From Epithemia pelagica (taxonomy: Eukaryota > Protista > Bacillariophyta), in assembly GCA_946965045.2 (NCBI GenBank), contig OX337228.1, positions 806,001-870,000 of the forward strand: DNA of 64,000 nt. Direction: 5' to 3'. Each line of letters starts with the position of its first letter. The first letter of the stretch is position 1. The translations under genes and the position numbers were made by a program. The notes below the pieces were generated by a model. The model did not search any database. It was not told the origin of the DNA and saw only the letters and a list, made by a program, of their open reading frames with translations. Positions 1 to 10,022 of this stretch are shown in pieces.

Positions 1-3000
1 CCCTTCGAGATTCGTTTTGACTGTGAAACTGCTGTGACCTGATTTGTTGAATGAGTGGGTCTTCATCGTCGTACAGTGATGACGATGTAGAGGAGAGCGT
101 GGACGTTGGGGCGGTGGGCATATTGTCAACCGTAAACGCAGAAGGAATGGAAACATTCATCGACGGAGATTGTTTCTGTGGAGGGGTTGGTTTCAGGGTC
201 TCTTTGTCTTGTTTGGGTGTTGGTACAACAGACTTCTTTGTTGAGGGACTTGGCTGCTTTGTCGCCTTTGTAGGAGAAGCGTTCGACTTTTGCTGTTTCG
301 TCTTTAGGGGAGAACTGGCGCGTTGTGTTCTGGTGGGAGTAGATGGAACACGTTTGGGAGGAGGAGCCATTCTCTTTTTGGGTTCAGGAGTGCTCTTTGG
401 AGGTGTGGTTGTCCTCTTGGGTTCTGTCGTTGTTTTCTTGGATTCAGGGATACTCTTGTTCCGTTTCCCGAAAAAGCCAGAACCGTTCTTTCCACTAGCC
501 GATTCGTTCGATGTCGAAACCTTCTTACTCTTATCTTCGTTGCTTTTGATTGAATCTTGATTCTTATCTGCAACGTTCCTTTTGGTGGGTACTGTTGGTG
601 TCGATTTCTTTTCCACCTTTGGTTTCTCTGTTTTCTCTGTATTCTTCTTGGCACTGGACGTTCCAGAAAGCGACCGAAACGAAGATGTTCGCTTCATTGG
701 TATTTTTGGAGGTGGTGCCTTGTTCGATGCCGATGGACTTTTCTTCGGTGACTCCTTGGTCAAGGAGCGGAGGGAACCTTGTCTTGTGGGTGTTCCTTGT
801 TGTCTACCTTGACCAAAGAACCCTTTTCTTCTTGGACTCGGACTGCGGTCCGTCAAGCTATTGACAACCACAACGTCCAGTTTGGGACTTTTGGATTTTT
901 CTTGACTCATCGGAGGCCTTGGTGCAGTCGAGAGACTGACTTTGCTCGACGATGTGCGCTTGAACGTGTAGGGCATCTCCACCGCTCCTTCGCCCACCAC
1001 GGGTTCCGATTCACCACCTTGCGGTGCCTGTGGTGGGACTTGACTCTTGGGCAGCGTCATGGGTATGGGAATGGCCATGGACGTGCGCTTCACACGAGGT
1101 GGAGTTGGTTCGGTCTCGGCCGCTAGTTGCTGTTGGGCGACCTCCCGAGTTTTCAGGACCTTTTGACTTGGTAATACTGCCTCTGGAGTTGGGTTCGCCT
1201 CTTGATTTGGGTGAGCCGTCTCTCGTGTTTGGAGAATCGTTTGACTCGGCAGAGTTACCTCCGGAGTTTCAACCACGTTTTGACTTGGGGGTGTTACTTC
1301 CTGTGTTGCTGCCTCTTGCTCTCGAGAGGCCGTTTGGCCTTGAATTTGAATTTCCACAGCGTGTTCTTTCTTGCCAGGAGGTTCTCGTTTCTTCTTGCCA
1401 CGTCCAAACGAGGCAAACAGGCCACCTACTGTTTTGGTGGCTGTGGCAGTATTGCCTTCTTTGTGTTTGGTTTCAATGGCAGGTTCGAGAGCTGCGTCCG
1501 GATCGACCTGGACCGTTGCAAGAGTCTCTTTGTTCACGGCTTCCTTCTTTGTGTCCACCACGTCCGTTGTTGTCGTCTTTGTCGTCACTGGGAGAGTTGC
1601 TGCCTGTTCGGAGGAATGCACTCTGTACTTATCGGTCGAGACTTGGTCGTCGTCGTCGTCATTGTCATTGTCCAGCACCACAGCTTGAGGAATCACTGGG
1701 GACTCGACAATGGTAGGAGCAACAAGAGTGGAACGAGTCGTCTCTTTGGGTTTCTGGAACGAGGCTTCGTCCTGCGAAAAGGATTTTGGTTGAATCGAGT
1801 ACTTGTCGTCCTCGTCGTCGTCGTCCTCATCCTCGTCACTGTCTTGGAGTTCCATGGCTTGCACATGGGTAATCATGGCGGTCGCATCGCGTTCGTCGGC
1901 CACTTGTTCTTCGACCAAGGAATCCCAACTCTTTTGAATCAACAGAGCTGGCTGTACGCCCTTGGGTGCCGGAACAAAGGTGGTGGGAACTTCTGGTGCA
2001 CTTGTCGTCGTGGTTGCTTCTACGAGAGGAGAGCTCTTTTGGTTGTTCTTGTTGTTCGCTTGTTGTTTGGTGGATGGCGGTGGGACAAAGACTTGAAACT
2101 TTTTGACCCCATCCAAACTGGCCAAGGACTCGGTGTCATCTTGAGAAAGGGCGGCTTGAATGAGTTGATTCGTGGCAAAATTCGCTTCGAGGGCAGCCTC
2201 ATCTTCGGGATACGCTTCGGCGTCTACCGACGACAAGTGACGTGTGGTGGTGGGTTCTTCCACGACGGTTGCCACCACACGGTCGTTCGCGTCCTGCTTT
2301 GTTTTGTTCGTGTTGTTCTTGCGACGGAATAACGAGGCTGTGCATTCCTTCGTGTCGTCATGAGGCGATGCTCCCAAGGCGGCCATGCCTTCGTCAAAGG
2401 AATGGGCCGAAGGACTAATGGTGGTTGCCACAACGGCTTCCTCCTCTTGTTGTTGTTGTTGTTGCTTGCTGGTTCGTTTGGGGTGTGGCATGGATCGTGT
2501 GCGTCCGGCGCGCAGGGGCGAGGACAAGCGTCCCAAGAGCGAGGTGCGATGGGTGGTTGGTTTCTTGTTGTTGTTCTGGTTGTTGGTCGTTGCCGGAGCC
2601 GGAGGGGATGCCAATGGTGGTGTGGTCGACGTAGGTCCTTGAGACGCGGTTGGAGCAGTTGCCGTGACCGCAGCAGCAGCCGCTACGGATGCTACTACTG
2701 GACCAGTCACCGTAGAGTCCTTGGATTTGGTTGCGTGGATCTGTTGTGGCGATTGCTTCTTGTTGTCGTTGTGGGTGTCGGCCGTTGGTGGTTGTGCTTG
2801 TAGTTGCAGTTGTTTGGGAGAGAGGGGTCCATCGAGAATTTCATTCAAGGAACTCATACTAAAGGCCGACGGCGAGGACAAGGAGGAAGGATCGGTTCCA
2901 CTGGCCGTCACTTCCACACCCAATTCCGCCGCTTCTTCTTCGGCTTGTTCTTCAAATCCCAAGGTGGACACTTCGTCTCCCAAGGCTGTGGAGCGGGGAG

Positions 3001-3907
3001 AAGGGGTCGTTGTTGTTTTTGTTGCGGTTGTTTTGGTGGGATGACCCTCCTCCTTGGGTGGAGACGATTGGTTGGCGGCAGTACTCGTCTTGGGTGATGA
3101 ACTACACTTGGAGGAAGAAGAACCGGGTTTGGGTGACGGATTAGTTGTTGTTGTTGTTGTTGCTGCTGCAGCACTGGCTGGAGCAGCCGCTGGAGGAGAC
3201 GATACTGGTTCCGCTTGTTTGTTGGTGCTATCCTTGTTGGGTTCCGTTGTTGGTTTGGTAGACGACTGGCTGTGATTGTCACTACTGCTACTTGGATCGG
3301 TGGAGGAAGACGATGGGGCAGGAGACAAGGAAGGAACGGTCCCTCCTCCCACTTCCAAGAGCCGCACCGTTGCTTTGGTACTGGTCGTCGATGTTGGTTT
3401 GGGCTTTCGGTGGATACTCCTACTAGCGCTCGTACTGGCGGGACGGCGTCGTGGGGGAGACGTTGAGGGTGGAATCCTCACAGTCTTGTTGTGGTTGGCT
3501 TTGGATTTGCCCAAGGAGGGCCGTTTGAGCAAAAACCGAAAGGCTCCTCGTCGTGATTTTTGGACCGACGAGGGAGCCACAGGAGAGGGGGACGGGCTCG
3601 TGTGTACCGCTTGGTCGGTCGCAGTGGCCTCGTCGTCAATGTCATCATCATTGTCGTCGTCTTCGTCGTCTTCTGCTTCGACCCACAAGGCTTCCAAACC
3701 CTCTTCTTCCAGTTCTTCGGGTGGTACTGCTGCTTCTTCCACAATCGGCGGTCGAGTGGCGTACATGCGAGAGGTGGCTGCGACTTTGGTAGCCGCAATG
3801 GCTGCCGAGATTTGTGTCAGTTCATCGTCCTCTTCTTGCTTTTTTTCTTCCACCACTACTGCAGGTGGTGGTGAGGATGGTGTCACGAACCCAAAAAAGG
3901 AATCCAT
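1..3907 (-). CDS. Large low-complexity (Ser/Thr/Pro/Lys/Glu-rich) hypothetical protein; C-terminal end runs off the window
   Basis: Manual translation of the minus strand from ATG at 3907 (MDSFFGFVTPSSPPPAVVVEEKKQEEDDE...) stays open for 1,302 codons to position 1. An in-frame TGA lies shortly upstream of the ATG. It is missing from the ORF track because no stop falls inside the window. No recognisable domain. Confidence 0.8.
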   Translation of the reverse strand, partial: MDSFFGFVTPSSPPPAVVVEEKKQEEDDELTQISAAIAATKVAATSRMYATRPPIVEEAAVPPEELEEEGLEALWVEAEDDEDDDNDDDIDDEATATDQAVHTSPSPSPVAPSSVQKSRRGAFRFLLKRPSLGKSKANHNKTVRIPPSTSPPRRRPASTSASRSIHRKPKPTSTTSTKATVRLLEVGGGTVPSLSPAPSSSSTDPSSSSDNHSQSSTKPTTEPNKDSTNKQAEPVSSPPAAAPASAAAATTTTTTNPSPKPGSSSSKCSSSPKTSTAANQSSPPKEEGHPTKTTATKTTTTPSPRSTALGDEVSTLGFEEQAEEEAAELGVEVTASGTDPSSLSSPSAFSMSSLNEILDGPLSPKQLQLQAQPPTADTHNDNKKQSPQQIHATKSKDSTVTGPVVASVAAAAAVTATAPTASQGPTSTTPPLASPPAPATTNNQNNNKKPTTHRTSLLGRLSSPLRAGRTRSMPHPKRTSKQQQQQQEEEAVVATTISPSAHSFDEGMAALGASPHDDTKECTASLFRRKNNTNKTKQDANDRVVATVVEEPTTTRHLSSVDAEAYPEDEAALEANFATNQLIQAALSQDDTESLASLDGVKKFQVFVPPPSTKQQANNKNNQKSSPLVEATTTTSAPEVPTTFVPAPKGVQPALLIQKSWDSLVEEQVADERDATAMITHVQAMELQDSDEDEDDDDEDDKYSIQPKSFSQDEASFQKPKETTRSTLVAPTIVESPVIPQAVVLDNDNDDDDDQVSTDKYRVHSSEQAATLPVTTKTTTTDVVDTKKEAVNKETLATVQVDPDAALEPAIETKHKEGNTATATKTVGGLFASFGRGKKKREPPGKKEHAVEIQIQGQTASREQEAATQEVTPPSQNVVETPEVTLPSQTILQTRETAHPNQEANPTPEAVLPSQKVLKTREVAQQQLAAETEPTPPRVKRTSMAIPIPMTLPKSQVPPQAPQGGESEPVVGEGAVEMPYTFKRTSSSKVSLSTAPRPPMSQEKSKSPKLDVVVVNSLTDRSPSPRRKGFFGQGRQQGTPTRQGSLRSLTKESPKKSPSASNKAPPPKIPMKRTSSFRSLSGTSSAKKNTEKTEKPKVEKKSTPTVPTKRNVADKNQDSIKSNEDKSKKVSTSNESASGKNGSGFFGKRNKSIPESKKTTTEPKRTTTPPKSTPEPKKRMAPPPKRVPSTPTRTQRASSPLKTKQQKSNASPTKATKQPSPSTKKSVVPTPKQDKETLKPTPPQKQSPSMNVSIPSAFTVDNMPTAPTSTLSSTSSSLYDDEDPLIQQIRSQQFHSQNESRR

Positions 3908-3989
3908 GGTTCTAGTTCTAGATACTCAATCTGTTTGTTGTTTGTTGTTGTTGGTTGCGTTCGTCGTCTCGTGTTGGGAATTCCTCGTG

Positions 3990-3992
<3 letters not shown>

Positions 3993-4021
<29 letters not shown>
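3993..4021. repeat. (AG)14 microsatellite, read as (CT)n in the probable 5' UTR of the minus-strand gene
   Basis: Direct reading: agagagag... from 3993 to 4021. Confidence 0.95.
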
Positions 4022-4024
<3 letters not shown>

Positions 4025-5200
4025 CACGAATGACTGACTGTGTACGGTAGAGCAATTCCCAGCCCACGCACTACTCTTCTCGACAAAAGAGAAGCCAAAA
4101 AATGTGGAGTTGCCCTTTTGGTGCTTGTGACTTGGTCAACGGAATGTCCTACACTCAAACCGTCACACGCACTCTCACTGTCCGTTGTTGTTGTTGTCGT
4201 CCGGAGAAGAGGGAGGAGCGTAGTACGGGGATATTTTAGGCGAGCACGCAAAAGACTTGGAGGAGGAGGAGGGTCCCACTTCCCAACTCGATGCGCCACA
4301 ACACGAGAGACAAGAGGAGGCAATAGCAAACGAAAGGACGAAAAAGGGAGAAAGATGTGTGGCTAGGCGTCTCCGTCCACAGAAAAGGACCGCCCGACGG
4401 ACTCTCATCCGAGCATGCCAATCCTCATTTAAATCTAAATACCACGTCAGCATATCCAAGACTCGTTATGCACTTAAGTATTTGGGGTGTCACATGTCCT
4501 TTCCAAAATACTTAGACCATTTCAGCCCCAGATTTGTGTCCAGTTCTTGTGGAGTAGACGGCGCGCACATTCATGTACACCATACTCCTTATCTCCCTAA
4601 GAGGATACGAAGCGCTTATTTTTTCCAAAACTTTACAAGTGTAAGTGCTTGAGAGTATAGTGTTCGGAACGGGTCGCGGAAAACCCCTCCAAACAATCCC
4701 CAGAAGGATGTTGATGCAACGGAAAAGAGAAGTATTCCAAAGATCAAAATTACGTGCTGAGTAGTAGAGAACAGAAGAGGAAGGAAGCCAACGGCAATCA
4801 ATCATGACAGAAAAAAAGAAAACGACAACAGAACGACGACAACGACAAACGATGGCGCAACTCGTTCCCGCGGCAACATCCATGACAGGAGTTTACGGTA
4901 GTTATCAGGAGAAGTACACCACTGGAAAACAGCTGCACCCATGGTGCAAGCCTATTCGGCGAAATCAGAAAAATGAACGATGAATGGCAGGCACTCTCTG
5001 CAAAACTTCATGCTGCCATCCAGAAGAAGAAGAGGGGCGCCCTCTCGTCGGTGTCTTGTTCCGCCATTACCTCGACAAAGAAGAATGGTGTAGGAAGAAA
5101 ACAGAAAACTGATCACTGATACCACCACAAGAGCCAATTCCAACCCGCAAACCAAAAGGCGCCACACTACTCTTATCCGAACATTTGTGGAATCCAAACC

Positions 5201-6724
5201 ATGGTTCTCCTCTGCACCTCCACAATGCGATCTGCCGTGTTCCTACTCCTTGCCACTCTTCCCTCTGCAGTGCAAGGGACGGATTGTGGAAAGTGGTACT
5301 CGTCCGATTGTATCGGCGATACCGACAAGCGCTACGATCCGGGGTATACCAATAATCTCAAGGAACAAGAACCAGTTTGGGAGCGATACGAAGGATACTA
5401 CATCAATGAATTTTTGGAGTTTCGCGATCCGATTCGAGGCACCAATCTTTTGGATGCTGGACCATTCAATCCCTACATTTTGCGCAAAGGCTTCTACAAT
5501 GAAACCATCGAAGGTTCCAGGTTTTATTCCGATCGCTTGTACGTTTACGGTCCTCCCAGTGGGGAGTTTTGCAACCAGACGTTGCCCAACAATGCTCCCA
5601 ATGTGATTGGCAACGGCGTATGTGGCGTGAATGGATACGCCTTTCCCGCAGGAATCTATGGCACGTCCTCCTATGAGAAGGATGGCCACGTTTCCATCTT
5701 TTCTGCCACGGGTGTGTACGGAAGGGCCCTTGCACCGGGAGCGTCCACCCGTGCCAATTTTACGGTAGTGAACACCAACACGCTCTATTATGTGGGGGAA
5801 CGGCCCGAATCAGGATTCTTCAACTCCATTACGCATTCATTCCTCAACGACGACGAGCAAATTGCCGGAACTCAGGCAGTTTACCTTCAGGGAATTCCAG
5901 ACAATCCCATTGCTCAAGTTCAAGTCTTTTTGTTTACGCGAGTGACGAGGGAAGCGTGGTTGGCGGCGATTGAAGAAGAATATTCTCTGGCCAATGTCTT
6001 GGAAGAAGATCAGATTGACGTGGAAGCCATCGGAGGGTGCTTGTCCGGGGACGAGTGTCCCACTGAAGTGGATTGGTGCACGATCGACCCGAATTGTAGC
6101 ACATCGCCCTATCAAGAACCGGATGCGTCCTTGAAAGCTGGTCCCATTGTTGGCTTTGTTCTTCTCGGGGTTGTCATCATTGTTGCCCTGATTGTCGGCT
6201 TCTTTTATTACAAGATTCGGACACTTCGCAAACAGGCCCGTCACGATTTTGCGCGTCGCGTCGCCGAAAGCGTGACCCTCACCCCCGGAAGCCGCCAACT
6301 TTCTCCCGAAGCCTTGGCCGAAGAGTTTAAGAAAATTGACAGGGATCATAATGGGACGATTAGCAAGGATGAACTTTGGGAATTTGTGTCATCGGGCAAG
6401 TTGGGTGAAATGAGTCATGTGGAATTTGATGCGCTCTTTGCCGTCATGGATGCCGATGGCAGTGGAACGGTCGATTTCCTCGAGTTTTGTGCCTACATGA
6501 GTATGTGCAAATCGGACTTTAATGAAGCCAAGGATCGCAAATCAATTCGTGAGGTTCGTGCCAGCTTTTCGCCCGCAGGTAGCTCCAGAGAGATTTTTGC
6601 CACGGAAACGGCTCAACGCTATTCCAGCCGAACATCGTTGCGAGTCCCTCCCGAAGTTCCGGAGGAAGAAGTAGAAGATGGCGAAAAAGGAGCTTCGGAG
6701 GGGAAAGCTGATGAAGAAGAGTAA
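5201..6724 (+). CDS. Type I membrane protein: signal peptide, Cys-containing ectodomain, one TM helix, cytosolic EF-hand pair
   Basis: 507-aa ORF. Signal-like MRSAVFLLLATLPSAVQG; TM PIVGFVLLGVVIIVALIVGFFYY followed by KIRTLRK; two canonical EF loops DRDHNGTISKDE and DADGSGTVDFLE. Confidence 0.9.
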   Translation: MVLLCTSTMRSAVFLLLATLPSAVQGTDCGKWYSSDCIGDTDKRYDPGYTNNLKEQEPVWERYEGYYINEFLEFRDPIRGTNLLDAGPFNPYILRKGFYNETIEGSRFYSDRLYVYGPPSGEFCNQTLPNNAPNVIGNGVCGVNGYAFPAGIYGTSSYEKDGHVSIFSATGVYGRALAPGASTRANFTVVNTNTLYYVGERPESGFFNSITHSFLNDDEQIAGTQAVYLQGIPDNPIAQVQVFLFTRVTREAWLAAIEEEYSLANVLEEDQIDVEAIGGCLSGDECPTEVDWCTIDPNCSTSPYQEPDASLKAGPIVGFVLLGVVIIVALIVGFFYYKIRTLRKQARHDFARRVAESVTLTPGSRQLSPEALAEEFKKIDRDHNGTISKDELWEFVSSGKLGEMSHVEFDALFAVMDADGSGTVDFLEFCAYMSMCKSDFNEAKDRKSIREVRASFSPAGSSREIFATETAQRYSSRTSLRVPPEVPEEEVEDGEKGASEGKADEEE

Positions 6725-7560
6725 GGCCACCTTGGACTGACTGTAATCTGTTTGTTTGTTGTGAAAATGAGGAACTCTGTACTGATCTGGAGGAGAAGAC
6801 AAAAAGAGAGAGCCGTAAAATCAATCTTAGGTACGGGACCAAATGAAGGCTTCCAAAACAGAGTGGTGTGGGGTGTAAAGTGAATTGGGACATCTCCCTA
6901 CTCAAAAACGGCTGACTTTGACTGCTTCCGAGACCGAATACGAACAACACTAGTGTGCACTACGTGCTAGTTTGATGAGTAGATGGTGTTGACCATGGTC
7001 TATCACAAGAATAGATGTTTTGTGAAGGAATAGGTTCCTTCCATGTCTCTAACCTTCCAACCTCAAGCATGGGACAGGTAGACTGTGATTGTGATGGGGC
7101 GGAGTGGGGTGGGGTGACAATTGACTATCCCCTATCCCCATATTACGGGAGACGTGTATTGATTGAGGTGTTCGCTCTTCTCTCGGTTCGCGTTCGCGAG
7201 GCAATGTGACAACTTGACCGACCGTGGGCGATGATACTGACTGTATCGGTCGCGGTACAAATGCATTATACCCCATACTACTCGCCATCTTTCCTGTGAC
7301 GGATTATCAATATAGTTCTCAAACTAGATCCGAAATATGGGGTGAAAGGTGTGGAATTAGAAACGTTGAGTTGTATTAGACTTTTCGTCATGTGTTTTCT
7401 GACACCTCGAATCTCGAATGCCTGGCGGGAACCAATGGGGAATTGTGACACGAATGTTCGATGGAGGTTCTCTGAGCGATCGATTCATAAGCAACAAAGA
7501 AACAAACCATATCGGCAACGACAAGCTGAACAACAGACCCAACCAACAACCATAACAAAA

Positions 7561-7839
7561 ATGAGTGCGACCAGAAGACACCAATCCCAGTCCCACATTC
7601 CAGATGTCAACAAGATGTCAAAAGTTCACAGTCCATGTCCATTGTGTGTTTGCGGGTCAACTGTCAACTGTCAGTGGGACACGAAAGAAGGCGAAGGTCA
7701 AGGTCTTCTCTTTGGTGCAGACAGAGGTGCCTGCATGTCGTGTTGCGGTTGGCTGTTCTCGTTGTCGCAAGTGTCGAGATCAATCAAACATCAAGAATCA
7801 AGAGATCAGTCCATTCATGCGGTGGGGTTTTCCAGTTGA
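7561..7839 (+). CDS. Possible small Cys-rich protein (92 aa)
   Basis: ATG preceded by a CAA-rich leader (caaccaacaaccataacaaaATG). Peptide contains CPLCVCGSTVNC and CMSCC. No family recognised; may be spurious. Confidence 0.25.
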   Translation: MSATRRHQSQSHIPDVNKMSKVHSPCPLCVCGSTVNCQWDTKEGEGQGLLFGADRGACMSCCGWLFSLSQVSRSIKHQESRDQSIHAVGFSS

Positions 7840-8115
7840 TTGACGCGACCGCGTGAGAAAGGTGGGTGTGTAGGTGGCAGCAGCCAATGAAAAAGAGGAA
7901 AGCATAGATGTGATTTGGTTCCTGATTCGCATGAATCAATCACTTGCGATCAACCAAATCAATCAGTCTCCTCCAAAAATTCATCTCCAGTTGGACCTGT
8001 TTTCGAGTGTTATTATTATTCTCCTGTTCTCTCCGCTCTTTCCACTTCATTATAATCCAAAACATCAAACCTCGAGAAACTCACTGTTGTCGTCTCATAG
8101 GTTGCACTTTCATCA

Positions 8116-8964
8116 TTGTTCAGAAGGAGAAGAATGCCCAAGCTTTCTCAAGCAAAGAGACATCGAAAACAACACAATTTGGCGGCCTTTTGCGGCCAAG
8201 ATTCTCTCATCACCCCTCGAAAAGTCTCTGATGAAGACATTCACAATGCTGGCACTACAAATACACGAACGAGTCTGTCATCCTCATGTTCGCTGGCGGA
8301 CTGGACAGTCAGAGCACAGAATGATGATGTAGAAAGACCATCAGTTCAAACACGAAAGAGACGAAAGACATGTTTGGTGCGGCAAGCACCTTCTACTTGT
8401 TTGACTGATTTGCTCTCATGTCATGTATCTGCGCCTGAGTTGACCAACAGCGACTCTCGTGACAACGAACTGACTTCGATTCTATCTCCCTCCGTCTCCT
8501 TCTGTGGCTCCGAGACGAACAGCACTTGTTGTAAACCAATGGACGAATCGCAGCACAATGGTCATCCCAGTGACAACAATGGCGCCATGTCTCCCATTTG
8601 GGGCCATTTCGTGGACGTCATCCTCGAACATGACGAGGAAGACTGCAGGATAAAAAGTATCACGACTGGAAACACGTCTCGGAAGGCCTCAATACACCCT
8701 TCATCCTCTTCTGCTACCGCTGTGCCGTCCTCTTCCTCCAGATTGGGGCGGCAGCGAAACAACTGCTACTCGCACTCGCCCTATTACTCTTGCGTTGCCA
8801 ATCGGCTTTCTAGAAAGAAAGAAGGGAGACAAAAGATTGTCTCACCAAGGGCATTGATATTGTCATCTTCTTCTTCCAGTCAAAGCACGGATCAAGAATT
8901 CCCAGACTTTGTATTACAAGACCCTTCCGCCTTGCCCGATGCTCTAGCGAGATTAAAGGTGTAG
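8116..8964 (+). CDS. Hypothetical Ser-rich protein (282 aa)
   Basis: Longest ORF in the interval. Basic N-terminus and one short ordered-looking motif (SPIWGHFVDVIL); no domain recognised. Confidence 0.65.
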   Translation: MFRRRRMPKLSQAKRHRKQHNLAAFCGQDSLITPRKVSDEDIHNAGTTNTRTSLSSSCSLADWTVRAQNDDVERPSVQTRKRRKTCLVRQAPSTCLTDLLSCHVSAPELTNSDSRDNELTSILSPSVSFCGSETNSTCCKPMDESQHNGHPSDNNGAMSPIWGHFVDVILEHDEEDCRIKSITTGNTSRKASIHPSSSSATAVPSSSSRLGRQRNNCYSHSPYYSCVANRLSRKKEGRQKIVSPRALILSSSSSSQSTDQEFPDFVLQDPSALPDALARLKV

Positions 8965-10022
8965 ATTTCCACCGAACGAAGGAGGTGGGCCTGGGAGAAA
9001 TGTGTGCGACGACTGTTCCATCTATCCTAAGAATCTTCATTGTCTTAAATCTCTGGGTACTGGAGGAGGGCATCATCATTATTTTGTATCACACCATTTG
9101 CGTGTTCCTCGGCTCGATTGATTCACTTTTTCCCCATCTCTTCAAGATTCCATCATTGCACATACAAGACGAGATGGGAACCTTGTTGTAGTCTTTTGCA
9201 GCCCACCAATTTCACTGAATTTTGACATCTACTGCGCGTCTCAAACACTCACCTTGTATGGGAGACCAGGTGGCTTTTATATTCACAAAGCTTATGCATA
9301 GATCAAGAGTATATGGAACCTACCTACCTAGGAGTAGCTGGGGTTTCGACGACTCGTGGCCATAGCGTCTATGTCATATATCAACTACTCCTTCAGACTT
9401 CTATCTTCTCTCCCTAGCAATACACCTCTCTTGCTCCCCGAAACTACCTTTCTCCATAAATCAACAAATAAAAACATCCGCCATCGAAGGCCATCAGTCT
9501 CAATATGTGATTCAGTTGCCTCAACGTGGCGCGAATAGGTCACTTCTTTCCAAACTCTCCAAATAGAGGAGTATATTTACCGATGAGAGACTCATCTATG
9601 CTCACAATCAAAATTCATTCACGAGTCGGTGACTTCTTCGTGTCAGCCGAGCCCACGTCAGATTTTTGTGTACCCCCGAGGATCCGAAGATATGAATTGG
9701 TCAGTGATGGATAGATTCGGTTGGCACTTCATGTCAACCGGACCACAAGCAACGATTAATGACGATTGATGGTGTTTAGCGTTGTACAGCTACACTTAAC
9801 AGTAGCTGTGCCCAAACACTTTATTGACTAGCGTTCTTTCCTTGTTGTAATGATAGGACTATGTGAGGCTTGTTTCGTTATTCAAAATCTTCAAAAATGA
9901 TAGATTGCGATCGATTCCAAGTCATGCTCCATGACAAGGCCATCGTTCTGGTCTGTATGTTCATACTGTGTACATTCTTCCGTGTCTCTTCTTCGTCTCT
10001 GTGGTGCCATGATCCACCAACG

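Noticed and set aside
51-4037. Many plus-strand ORFs (e.g. 1202-2332, 3276-4037)
   Set aside because: Antisense shadows of the 1,302-codon minus-strand ORF; Val/Leu/Ser runs reflect its reverse-complemented low-complexity codons.
4952-5197. 81-aa ORF listed as plus strand in the track
   Set aside because: The listed peptide actually reads from the minus strand (TTG start, CTA at 4952), and it has no supporting features.
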